Source: Nemertoderma westbladi (Eukaryota; Animalia; Xenacoelomorpha). Taken from it: a DNA stretch of 53,390 bases. Positions 1 through 12,772 of the stretch are shown here, in pieces. The stretch covers positions 1 to 53,390 of the forward strand of contig JAUCBJ010000489.1 in assembly GCA_032718475.1 (NCBI GenBank), written 5' to 3'. The number at the start of each line of letters is the position of its first letter. Within the stretch, counting starts at the first letter, position 1. The notes below the pieces were generated by a model, which saw nothing but the letters and a program-made list of their open reading frames with translations, was not told the origin of the DNA and made no database searches. The translations under genes and the position numbers were made by a program.

Positions 1-504
1 TTTAACTACAATATTTTGTTTTTTGCCATCTCTCTCATATTGTCTTCTTTGTTTTTATAGGCTTGTTTGTTTTGGGCTTGTTTTGTTCACTGATCATTGT
101 GCTGTGGCTGTCCGATCCTCTGCTACTTTCCCTCAATTTGTACTGTGGTTAGTGCCGTTAACAACATAGTTTATTGTTTTGGTTAGAATGCTGCCACTGT
201 AACCTGCTCCTTTCCTTAAATTGGTAGGTAACAACAGCGTTTATTGATTCCCACATTCCCACATTTCCATCCAGCAAACCTAAAACAATAAAAAGTTGTG
301 AAATAATTGTTTAACTGTATCAAAATCTAATTACTGTAATACATTATGATAATGTACCGTATTGTATAATAATTTCAGATCAGACAGTCAGACAGTCAGA
401 TTCATAATGCAGTAATGTAGGTCTACAAAACTTCTACACATTGACCTGACTGCCTGACTGTGCCTGACACTCGCTATTGTTGCTAACACTAAATGTTCAC
501 TTCT

Positions 505-770
505 TGGTGCTCTTTTGTGGTCTTTTGCAGTCTTTTGCTGTCTTTTGCGGTCTTTTGTGCTCTTTTGCGGTAATTCGTCTTGCAGTATATCCATGCCTTC
601 TCTGTTCTTTTGTGGTCTTTTGCAGTCTTTTGCGGTCTTTTGTGGTTTTTTGCGGTCTTTTGTGGTTTTTTGCGGTCTTTTGTGGTTTTTTGCGGTCTTT
701 TGTGGTCTTTTGCGGTTTTTTGTGGTCTTTTGTGGTCTTTTGCGGTCTTTTTTGGTCTTTTGCGGTAATT
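505..770. repeat. 10-bp tandem repeat (TTTTG[C/T]GGT[C/T])n
   Basis: Direct 10-bp periodicity; accounts for the repetitive ORFs at 388-1032. Confidence 0.9.
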
Positions 771-919
771 CGTAGGACCGGTAATTAAATACATCTAATA
801 AATGGGTGTTTGAAAAAGGTGGACTCAGGGACTGGACACAGAAAACATGGACAACGGACAGACCAATCAGAAACGTATTAAGCAAAGCAGTTTGTAGCAA
901 TTGGTCTGGGGTTTGACTA

Positions 920-1635
920 AATACGCCACCGACAACCACCGACACCTTTCGCATACCACCGACAACAAAAGACACAAACCGTAAACCGACAGGTAAGATC
1001 GCAAACCGACAGTATACCGACAACTTCGGCAATGTTAGTAAACTATTTCAGTACCGTACATGATTATACAATTTTTATTTCCAGTCCAAATATTTATAAC
1101 AAAGTATATTGTCCACTGTCGGCCTGTTGTCGGTGGTGTAATTAGTCATGATAATTTCTTTAAAATATAATACCGCCTTCATATATCTGTTTGAATTATT
1201 ATATTGCATAGCGTAATGGTAAAAATCGTTAGTGTTTTTCATATGTCGGTGTGTTGCTAGTATTATTAGTTTTTGTCGGTGGTAGTCAGACTATTGTCGG
1301 TGGTATATTTCTGCGGTATCAGTTCCTATACCTACTCTAACACAGTACAGTGCAATACAATTCCGAAATTTATTACTTTTACATACAGCTGCACATTGTG
1401 TGACGTAATTGGTATTTACCTAAATGACGTAAAGTAAAGTGAAGGAAGGAAACAAGAAGTAACGGAAGCTCCTTTCTCTCTTGGATGTTACCGGAAAAGA
1501 ATGGTTGCCCAACACAATCTCCCAAGGATGACCACTTCATAACTATTCAACCTTTTATGTATCCCCATAAGCCAGGCGGCATATTGTACTGTTGGATTTG
1601 TTAACATAAGACTTTGCCTTAACTGGCTTTAAAAT
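920..1635 (+). repeat. Left long inverted repeat of MULE-like element
   Basis: Reverse complement of ~4490-5180 and, nearly identically, ~6185-6830 (e.g. AAACCGACAGGTAAGATCGCAAACCGACAGTATACCGACA vs TGTCGGTATACTGTCGGTTTGCGATCTTACCTGTCGGTTT). Confidence 0.85.
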
Positions 1636-1689
1636 TTGACTAAATACTACACCGAAAGGAGCAAGACCTTAGAACGGAAGCTTTAGGAT

Positions 1690-3491
1690 GCTTATTTTCC
1701 CATTCTGATAAGATATTAGAGTTACTAACATCAACATCCAGTCTAGACAAGGTACCTAGAGGAAAAAAGGAAAATTGTTACTTTATTGTCAATAATGAAA
1801 GAAATGTAGAATTAAGAAACAAAATAAAAAACCTAGATATGAAGATGACTGTGGAGCCTGGGACTCTGCACGCAGTTCTTCAAATTCATATTGGTATGAA
1901 CTTCACGATGACAATAACAACATAAAGAAGAGACTCTATACGAAACGAAATCTGGTACATTTTGCACAGAGGTACGGGAGGGTAAGAAAAAAAAATGATA
2001 TCGATTGACCCTCAACCAATAAGGGTCCTAAAGCTAAAGTTGGGCCGCTACTACTCCAAACTAAAAGGTGATAACCGATATCAGAAAAGAATATCTTGGG
2101 TAATAGAGGCTCCTTCTAGTTGTGCTATCAAGAGCAATATTGCCGTATGGGAATATATAGGAGAATTCCCAGGTCTTTCCGTGCTTGGAAATTCCTCTAT
2201 AACTTCCAATAATTATGTGAGGACAACAGAAAACGCATGGGATGCAATGGATAAAATAATACCTCTTGCTGCACCTAAGAAAGTGTATTCCGAACTAAGT
2301 AAAGGGGAACCAACCGATAAGTTTCCAAGAAACACAAAACAAATAAGAAACCGTAAGTACCAAAACTTACAAAGGCAACAACAAGAAGGTTCTACTGATG
2401 TTATTCATAGAAGCAACTTTTCTGATCAATTGCAAATTATTTCGTCTATGGTGCAAGATCATCCGTTTGTGCAACATGTACTGCATTCTAAGAATGAAGT
2501 GCCAACAGTGGTACTCTTTACTGATGATCAAATGCGTGATGTTAATAATTACTGTTGCACTGGTCGATGTGTCCTGGCGTTCGATAAGACATACAATTTG
2601 GGGGATTTGTATGTAACACCTTCAACATTTAAATGTATGTCTGTCATAAACACGATCACCCATTATTCTTAGGACCCACAATGGTTCATGCATCCTCCAA
2701 CTGTCACACTTACACCTTCTTCCTAAATTCAATAAAAAGCAGGCTTGGGGAAAATCTTACAAAACTTATAATTGGTTCAGATGATGAAGGTGGATTACAT
2801 AAAGCTATTAAAGATGTATTTCCGTATTCAACTATTCTACTCTGTGGTTTACACATTAGAAAGAACATCAGCAAAAAAATAACCGATATAGGATTGGATA
2901 AGCCGGCGCGTCTCAGAATTCTGGAAGCAATTTATGGAGCAAACGGTATTGTGAATTCCATCGACGATCAGGAGTATGATATGAAGGTGAATAAATTGTT
3001 GAATGAAAAACAAAGTCAAATTGCGTAAATATCTAGCAAAGAAACTAGAACTATTGGATAAGTTTGTTTGTGGACCGAAACGTGAAAATAAAGTTCCAGC
3101 GACCTGGACCAATAATATTTGCGAGTCAGCCAATCATTTACTCAAATTGGCCTTTGAATGGAAGCCGAGACCTCTTCCAGAAATGGTGCAACTTATTTAT
3201 GGTGTTGTTGAAGTTATGTACCGCGACTTTCAACGTGCGTTATTAGGCCAGGGAAATTATTCCCTCTCAAAAGAAGCTAAACGGCTAGCCATTTCCCCGG
3301 AACAATGGTCCGAGTTCAACGAAGAACAAAGACGAAAGGCCATAGAAAAACTTGCCAGTTTCAAATCTCTGCGAAGGCACCACCTTGTACATTCAACCGA
3401 TGGGAGACTAAAAACAATGTTTAAAAAGGCAGGCCGAAAACCGGGACAAGGCCGACGAAAGAAAACTCGCTCAATGAAATCTACGAAATAG
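1690..3491 (+). pseudogene. Mutator-like (MULE) DDE transposase, frameshifted
   Basis: ORFs 1995-2672, 2633-3028 and 3003-3491 join by frameshifts. Motifs FDKTYNL (D), GSDDEGGL (D), LLCGLH (CxxH), WTNNICESANH (E) and a basic C-terminus. Upstream fragments read VPRGKKENCYFIV and YEDDCGAW. Confidence 0.85.
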
Positions 3492-4449
3492 TATCATTGT
3501 AAACTGCACGATACCTAAAGATAGATACAAAGATAGATACCGCAAAGATACAATTTTCTGTTTAGTTCCCTTCCTAACTGCATTAAAATTACTGGAATTA
3601 CATTCAATAATTGATTTATATTCTATACAGTATGTTATATTATACCGTATCGTAATTATTCATAATTATAGATTGAACCTTAAGATAGAATGGATTACTG
3701 TATTGTTTCATCCTTCCACTATATGTTAAGGGGGCGTTCATAAAGTATGTTAAGGGGGCGTTCATAAAGTATGTCACCAAAATTTTCTAGATTGCATGAA
3801 TACACAGCGACAAACCGGGGACGATCTACAATCAGGGGACGTCCCCGGAATGAAAAGATATCAAAAATGGAATCTACGTACTAAAATTAATGGCTTCTGA
3901 AAATTTCAGATCATTTCGGCGATGTCCTCTGTTCCACCCAAACTTGTCAAATGCGTTTGTAAATTTGTGTTTGAGTTTTGAAAATTTCACTGACCCCAGT
4001 ATAATGCGATAGTTTTAAGTGTCCCTTTTCCATACAGTTAATATAACATTCCAAATACTCATTGTAGTATGATGTACCCCCCCCCCCCCCCCCCCCTCCC
4101 TCTACCACAAAGTGTGTCACGCAAGCTCGATCTGCGCCCCTCTGTCACATTAGTAAATTTGTAATACCCCCAAACCCCCCCCCCTACCCCCAGATAAAAA
4201 TATTTTATGTCAATAATACACAATATTTATCTTGTTTTATATTTAGCTTGTCTGTTTATCTCTGTGGGTTATTGCGATGGTTTGACTAAATAAACCTCTG
4301 AGAAATTTTGACTTGCAAACTGAAAGTGAAGAAAAATAAACCGGTTTATGTAAGTAATACATAATATTTATTTTTTTCTTATAAATTTCCATTGTATTCG
4401 TACAAGCTCCCGGGAACTTTTTTCTCGATTGCGAAATACCATAATTTCC

Positions 4450-5180
4450 AACACGAAATCAAAAAGCTGCATTAGGAATAATTTTATTGTTAAAGCCAGT
4501 TCATGCAAAAGGCAAAGTTTTATGTTAACAAATCCAACAGTACAATAAGCCGCCTGGCTTATGGGGATACGGATACATAATGGGTTGAATAGTTATGAAG
4601 TGTTCATCCTTGGGGGTTAGCGTTGTTTCTTTCAGGAAACATCCAAGAGAGAAAGGTGCTTCCGTTATTTCATGTCTCACTTCCTTTACTTCACATCATG
4701 TAGGGAAATACCAATTACGTCACACAATGTGCAGCTGTATGCAAAGTAATAAAATTCGGCAGTGCGTTTATGAACGGATACCGCAGAAATATACCACTGA
4801 CAACAGTCTGACTACCACCGACAACAGTCTGACTACCACCGACAAAAACTAATAATAATAGCAACACACCGACATATGAAAAACACTAACGATTTTTACC
4901 ATTACGCTATGCAATATAATAATTTAAAACAGATAATATATGAAGGCGGTATTATATTTTAAAGAAATTATCATGACTAATTACACCACCGACAACAGGC
5001 CGACAGTGGACAATATACTTTGTTATAAATATTTGGACTGGAAATAAAAATTGTATAATCATGCATTGAAATAGTTTACTAACATTGCCGAAGTTGTCGG
5101 TATACTGTCGGTTTGCGATCTTACCTGTCGGTTTGTGTCTTTTGTTGTCGGTGGTATGTCAAATGTGTCGGTGGCGTATT
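4450..5180 (-). repeat. Inner right inverted repeat of MULE-like element (more diverged copy)
   Basis: Inverted relative to 920-1635; ends TGTCGGTGGCGTATT, matching AATACGCCACCGACA at 920. Confidence 0.8.
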
Positions 5181-6144
5181 ACTTTGAAGGCAATTTTCTC
5201 GGAATGACATTCTTTCACGCAAATTTTTTATTAATTTCGTAAGATTTTATAATATTTCGAGTTATTTACAAATTAATTAATAACCGCAGGGGGTAGCCCC
5301 CCGTAATTTATGTCTCATATTTACACAATGCAAGACAACGTAACTGACAGACTTACGGGGGTTTGTCATTGTGACATTTTTTGCATTGTATCGAATGTTT
5401 TATTTACATACGCCTTGTATGTACAAAGCAAAAACGCTGTTAGTACAAAAGACAACCCTGAAGTCAAAATATTAATGGAAAGTGAAAAATAATACGCAGA
5501 AAAATTTCCTACCACCAGAAGAAATTAGAAAGTTACGGACATTTTAAACCAACAATCTGAAGACAAAAGGTAATTTGCGTTTTACTCTGAGAAATTACTT
5601 TTTTGACTTACGGTCTTTTTACATTGCACGGCAGAATTGGTGTTATAATATCTTCACAAGGAAATAAGCTCTAAGAATGTCGGTTTGCCATTTTGTTTGT
5701 CGGTTGGTTGACTACCAAAGGCAACTTTTCACATACACCGATATAAACAAAGTAATTCAATTTTTCATAATGGCAAAATGCCACCAGCCCCTCCCCCAGA
5801 GAGACCACTATCACCACACTTAGCTTTTAATTTCTTCCGGAGTAATTTTTATATTTTAGAATTACTTACAGTGTATTATGTAGAATGAATTTAATTTAGG
5901 AAAAATATTTTTGAAGACTATCTGTCAACCAATCTTTCAATCGATCAATATATTATTCCACCAACACATCAATCAATACATCAATATATACTGTATACAG
6001 TAGGTACCTGAACTGTATAAAGAAAAAGAGTAACAAAAAAGTAAAACACATTATCTTATACAATGCTATATTGCGCCTCTGCATTCTCACGGGCTGGGCA
6101 CCGTTTTTTGTTTCGGTTGCGCAAATTCCATACATTAAATGCCA

Positions 6145-6831
6145 ACACGAAAACAAAAAGCTGCATTAGCAATAAATTTTAAAGCCTGTTAAGGCAAAGT
6201 CTTATGTTAACAAATCCAACAGTACAATATGCCGCCTGGCTTATGGGGATACAGAAAAGGTTGAATAGTTATGAAGTGGTCATCCTTGGGAGATTGTGTT
6301 GCGCAACCATTCTTTTCCGGTAACATCCAAGAGAGAAAGGAGCTTCCGTTACTTCTTGTTTCCTTCCTTCACTTTACTTTACGTCATTTAGGTAAATACC
6401 AATTACGTCACACAATGTGCAGCTGTATGTAAAAGTAATAAATTTCGGAATTGTATTGCACTGTACTGTATGTTAGAGTATAGGAACTGATACCGCAGAA
6501 ATATACCACCGACAATAGTCTGACTACCACCGACAAAAACTAATAATACTAGCAACACACCGACATATGAAAAACACTAACGATTTTTACCATTACGCTA
6601 TGCAATATAATAATTCAAAACAGATAATATATGAAGGCAGTATTATATTTTAAAGAAATTATCATGACTAACCACCGACAACAGGCCGACAGTGGACAAT
6701 ATACTTTGTTATAAATATTTGGACTGGAAATAAAAATTGTATAATCATGTACTGAAATAGTTTACTAACATTGCCGAAGCTGTCGGTATACTGTCGGTTT
6801 GCGATCTTACCTGTCGGTTTGTGTCGGTTTG
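6145..6831 (-). repeat. Outer right inverted repeat of MULE-like element, cut off by an LTR at 6832
   Basis: Near-identical reverse complement of ~975-1635; direct repeat of 4450-5140. Confidence 0.85.
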
Positions 6832-7486
6832 TGTTCGCGCTTTTAAGACCTTTGGCAGTTTAACCCGCCAAATCTATATGTCTTCTAGGTTATAAATCGA
6901 CTTTAGCCTATGACAAGTATTTGACACAAATAAATCCAACATTAGCCGAAGCCAGTCTATGCGCGACCATTCACCCGCTGGATATACCCGGGAGACTGGA
7001 TTCGGATGCTTTAATTTGATTGCGGTGCAGGCCTACCGTACTATTCGATTGATCGTTAATATAATTCCTGACAAATATCATTCACTTTCGGGAAATATTA
7101 GCAGTTCCTTTAGGACGTGGCGCTCTATCTATATAAACAGAGCTATGGCTTACACTAAACACAACGGAATGGATTATAAGTTACACATAAGGCGCATTCT
7201 TTAGGAGATGCTTTGTTACGCGGACAAGCACATACAGACTATTGCACACCGCTGCACACTGAATTGCCGATAGTCACTGATTTTAATCATATATAAAGAG
7301 AATAGCAACCGACATTTGTAGGGCCTATAAAATAGCATTCAATTCACTACAAACCACGATAATATAAGTCGCAATTGCTATATGTAGCTGGTCTCTCTAA
7401 CCTTAGTGTATCAAGAAGATCGGGGTTTCTGATCGTTTATAGTTATTCTCCAAATAACAATATGCAAACGAATGATACATTTAATA

Positions 7487-8745
7487 ACACGAAGTGGGGC
7501 CTTCGCGCAGCACGTGACTTAATTATACTTAGTTATACATTTCGCCCTCTAGCGGCAGACTGGAGGACTCCAGACCGTTTACTGCCCACCAAAGACTCAG
7601 GCCGAATTCTACTACGTATCTGCTACGTTTCAGCTTGAACGGATCATAAATAACGAGATGGGAGAAAGATTTCACTTTCAAACATTTCGCCCTCTAGCGG
7701 CAGACTGAAGAACTGCACACGGATTAGCCTTCAATTCAATTCAATTCCTTCTTTCAAAGTCACAGCTAATGGTCTAGTACATATCTGCCAAATTTCAGCA
7801 TAAATGGATTAAAAGCAAAGAAATGGGAGGACATTTAACGTTTAGACATGTGGCCCTCTAGCAGGAGACTATTGCTCTGATGGTGTCTGAAAGTCTCTCA
7901 AACGTCTCAACTTTAGCTCATATTGATACCTACAAATTTTCAACTTGGCAGCTTTAAATCCGACAAAGTTATTAGCATGTCAAAATCGTAACGACGACAA
8001 CGATTTCACTTTCAGACCTTTGGCCCTCTAGCGGCAGACTGGAAAACTGCAGATGGATTCGCCTCCTTTGAAAGTCACAGCTAATGGTCTAATACATATC
8101 TGCCAAGTTTCAGCTTAAACGGATTAAAAGCAAAGAAATGGGAGGGCATTTAATGTTTAGACATGTGGCCCTCTAGCGGGAGACCATTGCACTGATGGTG
8201 TCTGAAAGTCTCTCAAAAATCTCAACTTTTGCTCATATTGATACCTACAAATTTTCAACTTGGCAGCTTTAAATCCGACAAAGTTATTAGCATGTCAAAA
8301 TCGTAACGACGACAACGATTTCACTTTCAGACCTTTGGCCCTCTAGCGGCAGACTGGAGAACTGCAGATGGATTCGCCTCCTTTGAAAGTCACAGCTAAT
8401 GGTCTAATACATATCTGCCAAGTTTCAGCTTAAACGGATTAAAAGCAAAGAAATGGGAGGGCATTTAATGTTTAGACATGTGGCCCTCTAGCGGGAGACC
8501 ATTGCACTGATGGTGTCTGAAAGTCTCTCAAAAATCTCACCTTTTGCTCATATTGATACCTACAAATTTTCAACTTGGCAGCTTTAAATCCGACAAAGTT
8601 ATTAGCATGTCAAAATCGTAACGACGACGACAACGACGACGACGACGACGACAACGACGACGACGACAACTATTTGCATAAATTGACCCACCCACTAACA
8701 GTGTCAATTCGCTAAGGCTCCGCCAACTTCGTGGCTCGCCCCACA
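7487..8745 (-). mobile_element. Non-autonomous Crypton/Helentron(HINE)-type element with internal satellite
   Basis: Both termini (TGTGGGGCGAGCCACGAA ... GCTGCGCGAAGGCCCCA..TCGTGT) are shared with 43281-44136; (GAC)n microsatellite near the 5' end; central tandem array. Confidence 0.65.
7666..8625. repeat. 315-bp tandem repeat, ~3 units
   Basis: CAAAATCGTAACGACGAC at 7981, 8296 and 8611. Confidence 0.9.
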
Positions 8746-9006
8746 AACAGCAAATAGCAGTAAATAATGTGCAATACGTACCGTACCGTTATGTGTTCTT
8801 AGTGTCTCGTACCGCTGTACCGTGCCGGTAACAGTTATGTGTTCTTATAATTAAAGCCGTTCTAATGTTGGAATAATTCAGAATAGTTCCATAGCCGATG
8901 TTCATTGCATCAGGAAAACCAACACACTGAACCCTGTGAGCTGTTGCAGGTAGCTTTCAACACAAAGGAAAAGCTCTCATTGGCAGAGTTCCAGTTTCTA
9001 TAAGTT

Positions 9007-9107
9007 CCATATAAGTTTTTGAAAGGACGTAGGGCTTAAGGGGTCTTAACACCATGAGTTAAAATAAATAGACGTCCTTTCCTACGTCCTTTCAAAAACT
9101 TATATGG
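9007..9107. repeat. Short foldback, ~27-bp perfect inverted repeat
   Basis: CCATATAAGTTTTTGAAAGGACGTAGG ... CCTACGTCCTTTCAAAAACTTATATGG. Confidence 0.85.
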
Positions 9108-9433
9108 CAACCACACCACGCCGGGCGTCATTCCGTAATATTAGAAAACTGAATATAAGTTCCATGAATGTCTGAATGCCAAACCTCCCTAGCCTTTGCA
9201 GCCCATAGCCAACACAAGGCTAAATCGCTCTGATTGGTCGATCATTGTTCTGATTGGTTAATCGAACAGAACAAAGAGGCCATACGTACAGCAAATCAGC
9301 CAACCAGCGGGCAGATTGTGCCACTAGAAGCAACAGTTTAGAGGATTTGAGCGAATGGGGGAAAACTGGATTACAAATGGAAAAGGCCAGTTATATCCCC
9401 AAAAGCTTTTACACCGCTCCCAGAAAATGGGAT

Positions 9434-11014
9434 TTAATTATATAAAATATAAAAAATCACAGTTTCTAAAATATAAAAATACTCTAAACAGTTAGTCTTT
9501 CTTGCGCGGACGGCGTTTACGCAATTTCTTGAGGCTAGCAAGAGTCCTTTTCTCTTTGGGGCGAGCCACTTTACTAGGAGGGCTATAACTCCTGGGTGAA
9601 GGGTGCAATACAATTGCATCAGAAGGTTTAAGGTTACGGTCGGTGTCTCGTCCATTTCGATCTGCTTCTCCTCGAGCTGATTTTCCTCCGCTTGTAGCTG
9701 GATACGTTCATCCAAAAACTCTCGCAGAGAATAGGATCGTCCAAGTTCGATAGCTTCTTAGAGATTCTGGATTTCCCGATCGAACTGAGATATAGTTACT
9801 TTGTTTACCGCTTGGACTTGCTAGTGCAATTTACGTTTATCTGAACAAGCGTAAGTTCCTTTTCTGATCTTTGTAGAATAGCGTCTAACTCATTTGGTAC
9901 AACGCTCTCCACCACTTTGGTGACAGGTTATATCGTGTTAAGCCGGGACGATGGTAAGGGTTAAACGGCGATATTAAATGTCCGCGTCCCAATCCGGCTA
10001 GGTAGGATGGGCTAATATCTAGGAAGCCCACAACCGGGGTGCCACCGACTAATCGTTCAGGTAACACTAGATCTTTGAGTAGTGAGTACAGCTTGGGAGG
10101 ATCCGTCATACTAATAGGATCAAGAGTCTAAGGTCTCACTAGGGAATGAGGAGATCTGATCGAGTATTCCGAAACTCTGATCATTGGTTTATTTAAGGAT
10201 CGTCTGAGTCGAACGAGCGTAGGTGATACATCGAACAAGTTTCGCTCGAAACTCCCGTAAATATAGCGAGTAAAACCGTGTTTAAAGCAACGTCTCCGCG
10301 GATGTTTATGTCTTTCCATTTGTTGGTTGGGTCTTGGGCATTCATCGCAATAATACCAAAAATGCACGTCTTGTAGGGGAAACGCGAGTGATCTTTCTCC
10401 AGCTTACAATATTCCTCCATCCGTTCGAAGCTATCCGGTACAACAGGTAGCGGTCGATCGGCGGTTAGACACATCACAGTGGAATAGAGCCGTTTGAGTT
10501 CTACCATGAGGTCATGATGTATACCTTGAAGATATCGAGTTTCTAGATTCTGTTGACTGGTAATATTGAGGTGTGTTTCTCTCAAGAATTCCAGATATTC
10601 GTTGAAATCGCTGCGTTTGTCCGGTTCTTCAACATCTCCACTTTCGAGTAGGTTTCAAATAGAATTTTCGTGTTCGAGTCTCAGTTTATCGTTCCGCTTC
10701 CGCTGGGTATGATATTTAAATAAAACCATTTCCCTTTCGGTGTCTATATTGTTAGTATCGTGTAGGTCGATAGGATGACCAGTAGTTAAGAAGCCCATAT
10801 ACATACCATTACGATGCGTATAGCGAGCGGTGAATTTTCTATAGTCCAACTCACGCGTATGTTGCTCCTGGGACATTGGCGGTTCGATATAACGACCATC
10901 GTCCTCCGTAGTAGTTGGACCAGCGTCGCCGCGTATCAAGCTATCAACAAACGCTTGTAAAGGTAGAGTATATCGCTCCCTGATACCAAGATCATCTTCT
11001 ATCAACTCAGCCAT
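9434..11014 (-). pseudogene. Degraded intronless ORF of ~520 codons, product unknown
   Basis: ORFs 10655-11014 and 10193-10585 are in frame across one stop; 10128-10367 and 9885-10109 likewise; two frameshifts link on to 9434-9715. GC content is higher than the flanks. Confidence 0.55.
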
Positions 11015-11848
11015 ATCTGCTATATGAGTTTATTAATATTATAATGAGTTTATATTTAGGCGAGCGGGCGTCGCTGCCTACCCTTCTCTGCCCCCGGACA
11101 GTGCGAGATCCTCAGCGCTGGTGTACTTTCGCCGATGTGCCTATCGCCAACGTCGTAGCTGCACAACGACTACAACAACCAGCACGAGTCACTCCACCGT
11201 CCGTCCCAAAGGCTTAGATATACTTCAGGTTCTTACTGGAGAGTTAGGGCTACTTTCACAATTGCGACTCGCTACTGTAAACACACCTTAGTAGTAACAT
11301 TCACCTACAAACGCACAAATTCCACGTGACTGTCACAAATGGTACACATTCTATCACACATTCGGGTCATTTGTCCGTTAGTCAGGTGCTTTCCAGAATG
11401 TCACGGTGTTATTATGTATCCTTGGATACTAGCGGTGTGCTATTTATTCCGTATGCTATTCAATGAGCAAGCTTTTTATTGTTCTGTTAACTCACTTCTA
11501 ATTCTAGCGTGGTTGTTGCCATGGTGACATTATGGAAAGCTAGCGGTAGAATTAGGGTAATTCCCATGCATACAGATCTGGGATGCTATTTAATAGTAAG
11601 TCTTTAATGGTCAATATCATCTTTATATATGATTTTATGAATTTTATCGGCTATTGACTCTATATTGGAGATTCTCGCACACTAATACACTTAATAGAGT
11701 GAATCTCCGCTCCCATGATCTATTAATTAATGGAAATTTGGGAATGTTATAAATTGTATAAAAATGACAATTTATTAAATTCATTGAAATATATGAATTT
11801 AAATTTATTCCCATAAATTTTATTATTTAATGTTAAATAGACACAATT

Positions 11849-12140
11849 TTATTCCAGAACGTGTCTGGGGACTGGGATCCTTGATTCTAGGAATTTTGTC
11901 TTTTTAAGAGTATCGGTAAGTGCTACGATATCTTAATCGACTAGAATTTTAAAGGATCTGAAATTTGACAGATTTTATAAATATTAATGGTTAATATTTA
12001 AGATGGGCACCAGTTTATTCCAGAACTTGTCTGGGGACGTTAACCACTGATTCTAGAATTTGTCTTTCAAGTATATCGGTGGGTGCCGCGATATCTTAAT
12101 CGACTAGAATTACAGATGGTCAAAGGGTTTAACAGATTTA
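11849..12140. repeat. Imperfect ~165-bp duplication
   Basis: TTTATTCCAGAAC.TGTCTGGGGAC...CGATATCTTAATCGACTAGAATT occurs twice. Confidence 0.75.
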
Positions 12141-12772
12141 TTTGCGTTGTACGCTACTGTTAAAGGGACATCACGCTACTATATGTATTATTTAATATAC
12201 GGTATGAGAGCAATATCGCACGAAGCAATGTCAGTGTGAAGAGGCAAGTCGTTTCCAAGGTCTACCCAGAGCTTGGTTTAGCCGAGACACGAGGATCTGA
12301 ACTTTGCATTCCTAATACTCTGCTTACCAATAATACTTGAATATAGTAGGAGCTTTATTGTACTTTAATAAGTACGGATATTTCATCTTACTGTAGTTAC
12401 GTATTTATAATATGATACGGACAGTAAGGAAAGAGAAAAAGAATTATTTCTCGCCGTCGCACTAAATATATAATATATAAGTAATTAAGTAATAAACACT
12501 AATTGTAAAAGCCTTTGCTGAATTGCCCCGTTATTTTTATTATCTTTTACATTAAAATACTCTGTAGTTGATTTAATAAGTGTAAGAGACCGTATTATTG
12601 CTGTATCGGTGTTTTTAGAGGATCTAAGACCTATTTCCTCCGTATGTGTACTGTGAAAGGCATATTTTATGATTCTATGGCAATTCGTGACGCAAAAGGG
12701 TGATAGCTACTCTTGAACAGTAGTTACTATGACTACGGTTAACAGCTGACATTCATACGTGTTGATTTCCTT

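Larger units (their letters stand above)
6832..9273 (-). mobile_element. Diverged BEL/Pao-type LTR copy (solo or orphan), interrupted by the insertion at 7487-8745
   Basis: 6832-~7300 is the reverse complement of ~13290-13755 (TGTTCGCGCTTTTAAGACCTTTGGCAGTTTAACCCGCCAAAT vs ATTTGGTGGGTTAAACTGCCAAAGGTCTGAAAGCGCGAACA). The far end (GAACA at 9269-9273, CCAAT boxes) is tentative; no TSD found. Confidence 0.6.

Noticed and set aside
388-1032. Lys/Arg-rich and Phe/Cys-rich ORFs
   Set aside because: Translations of a 10-bp tandem repeat.
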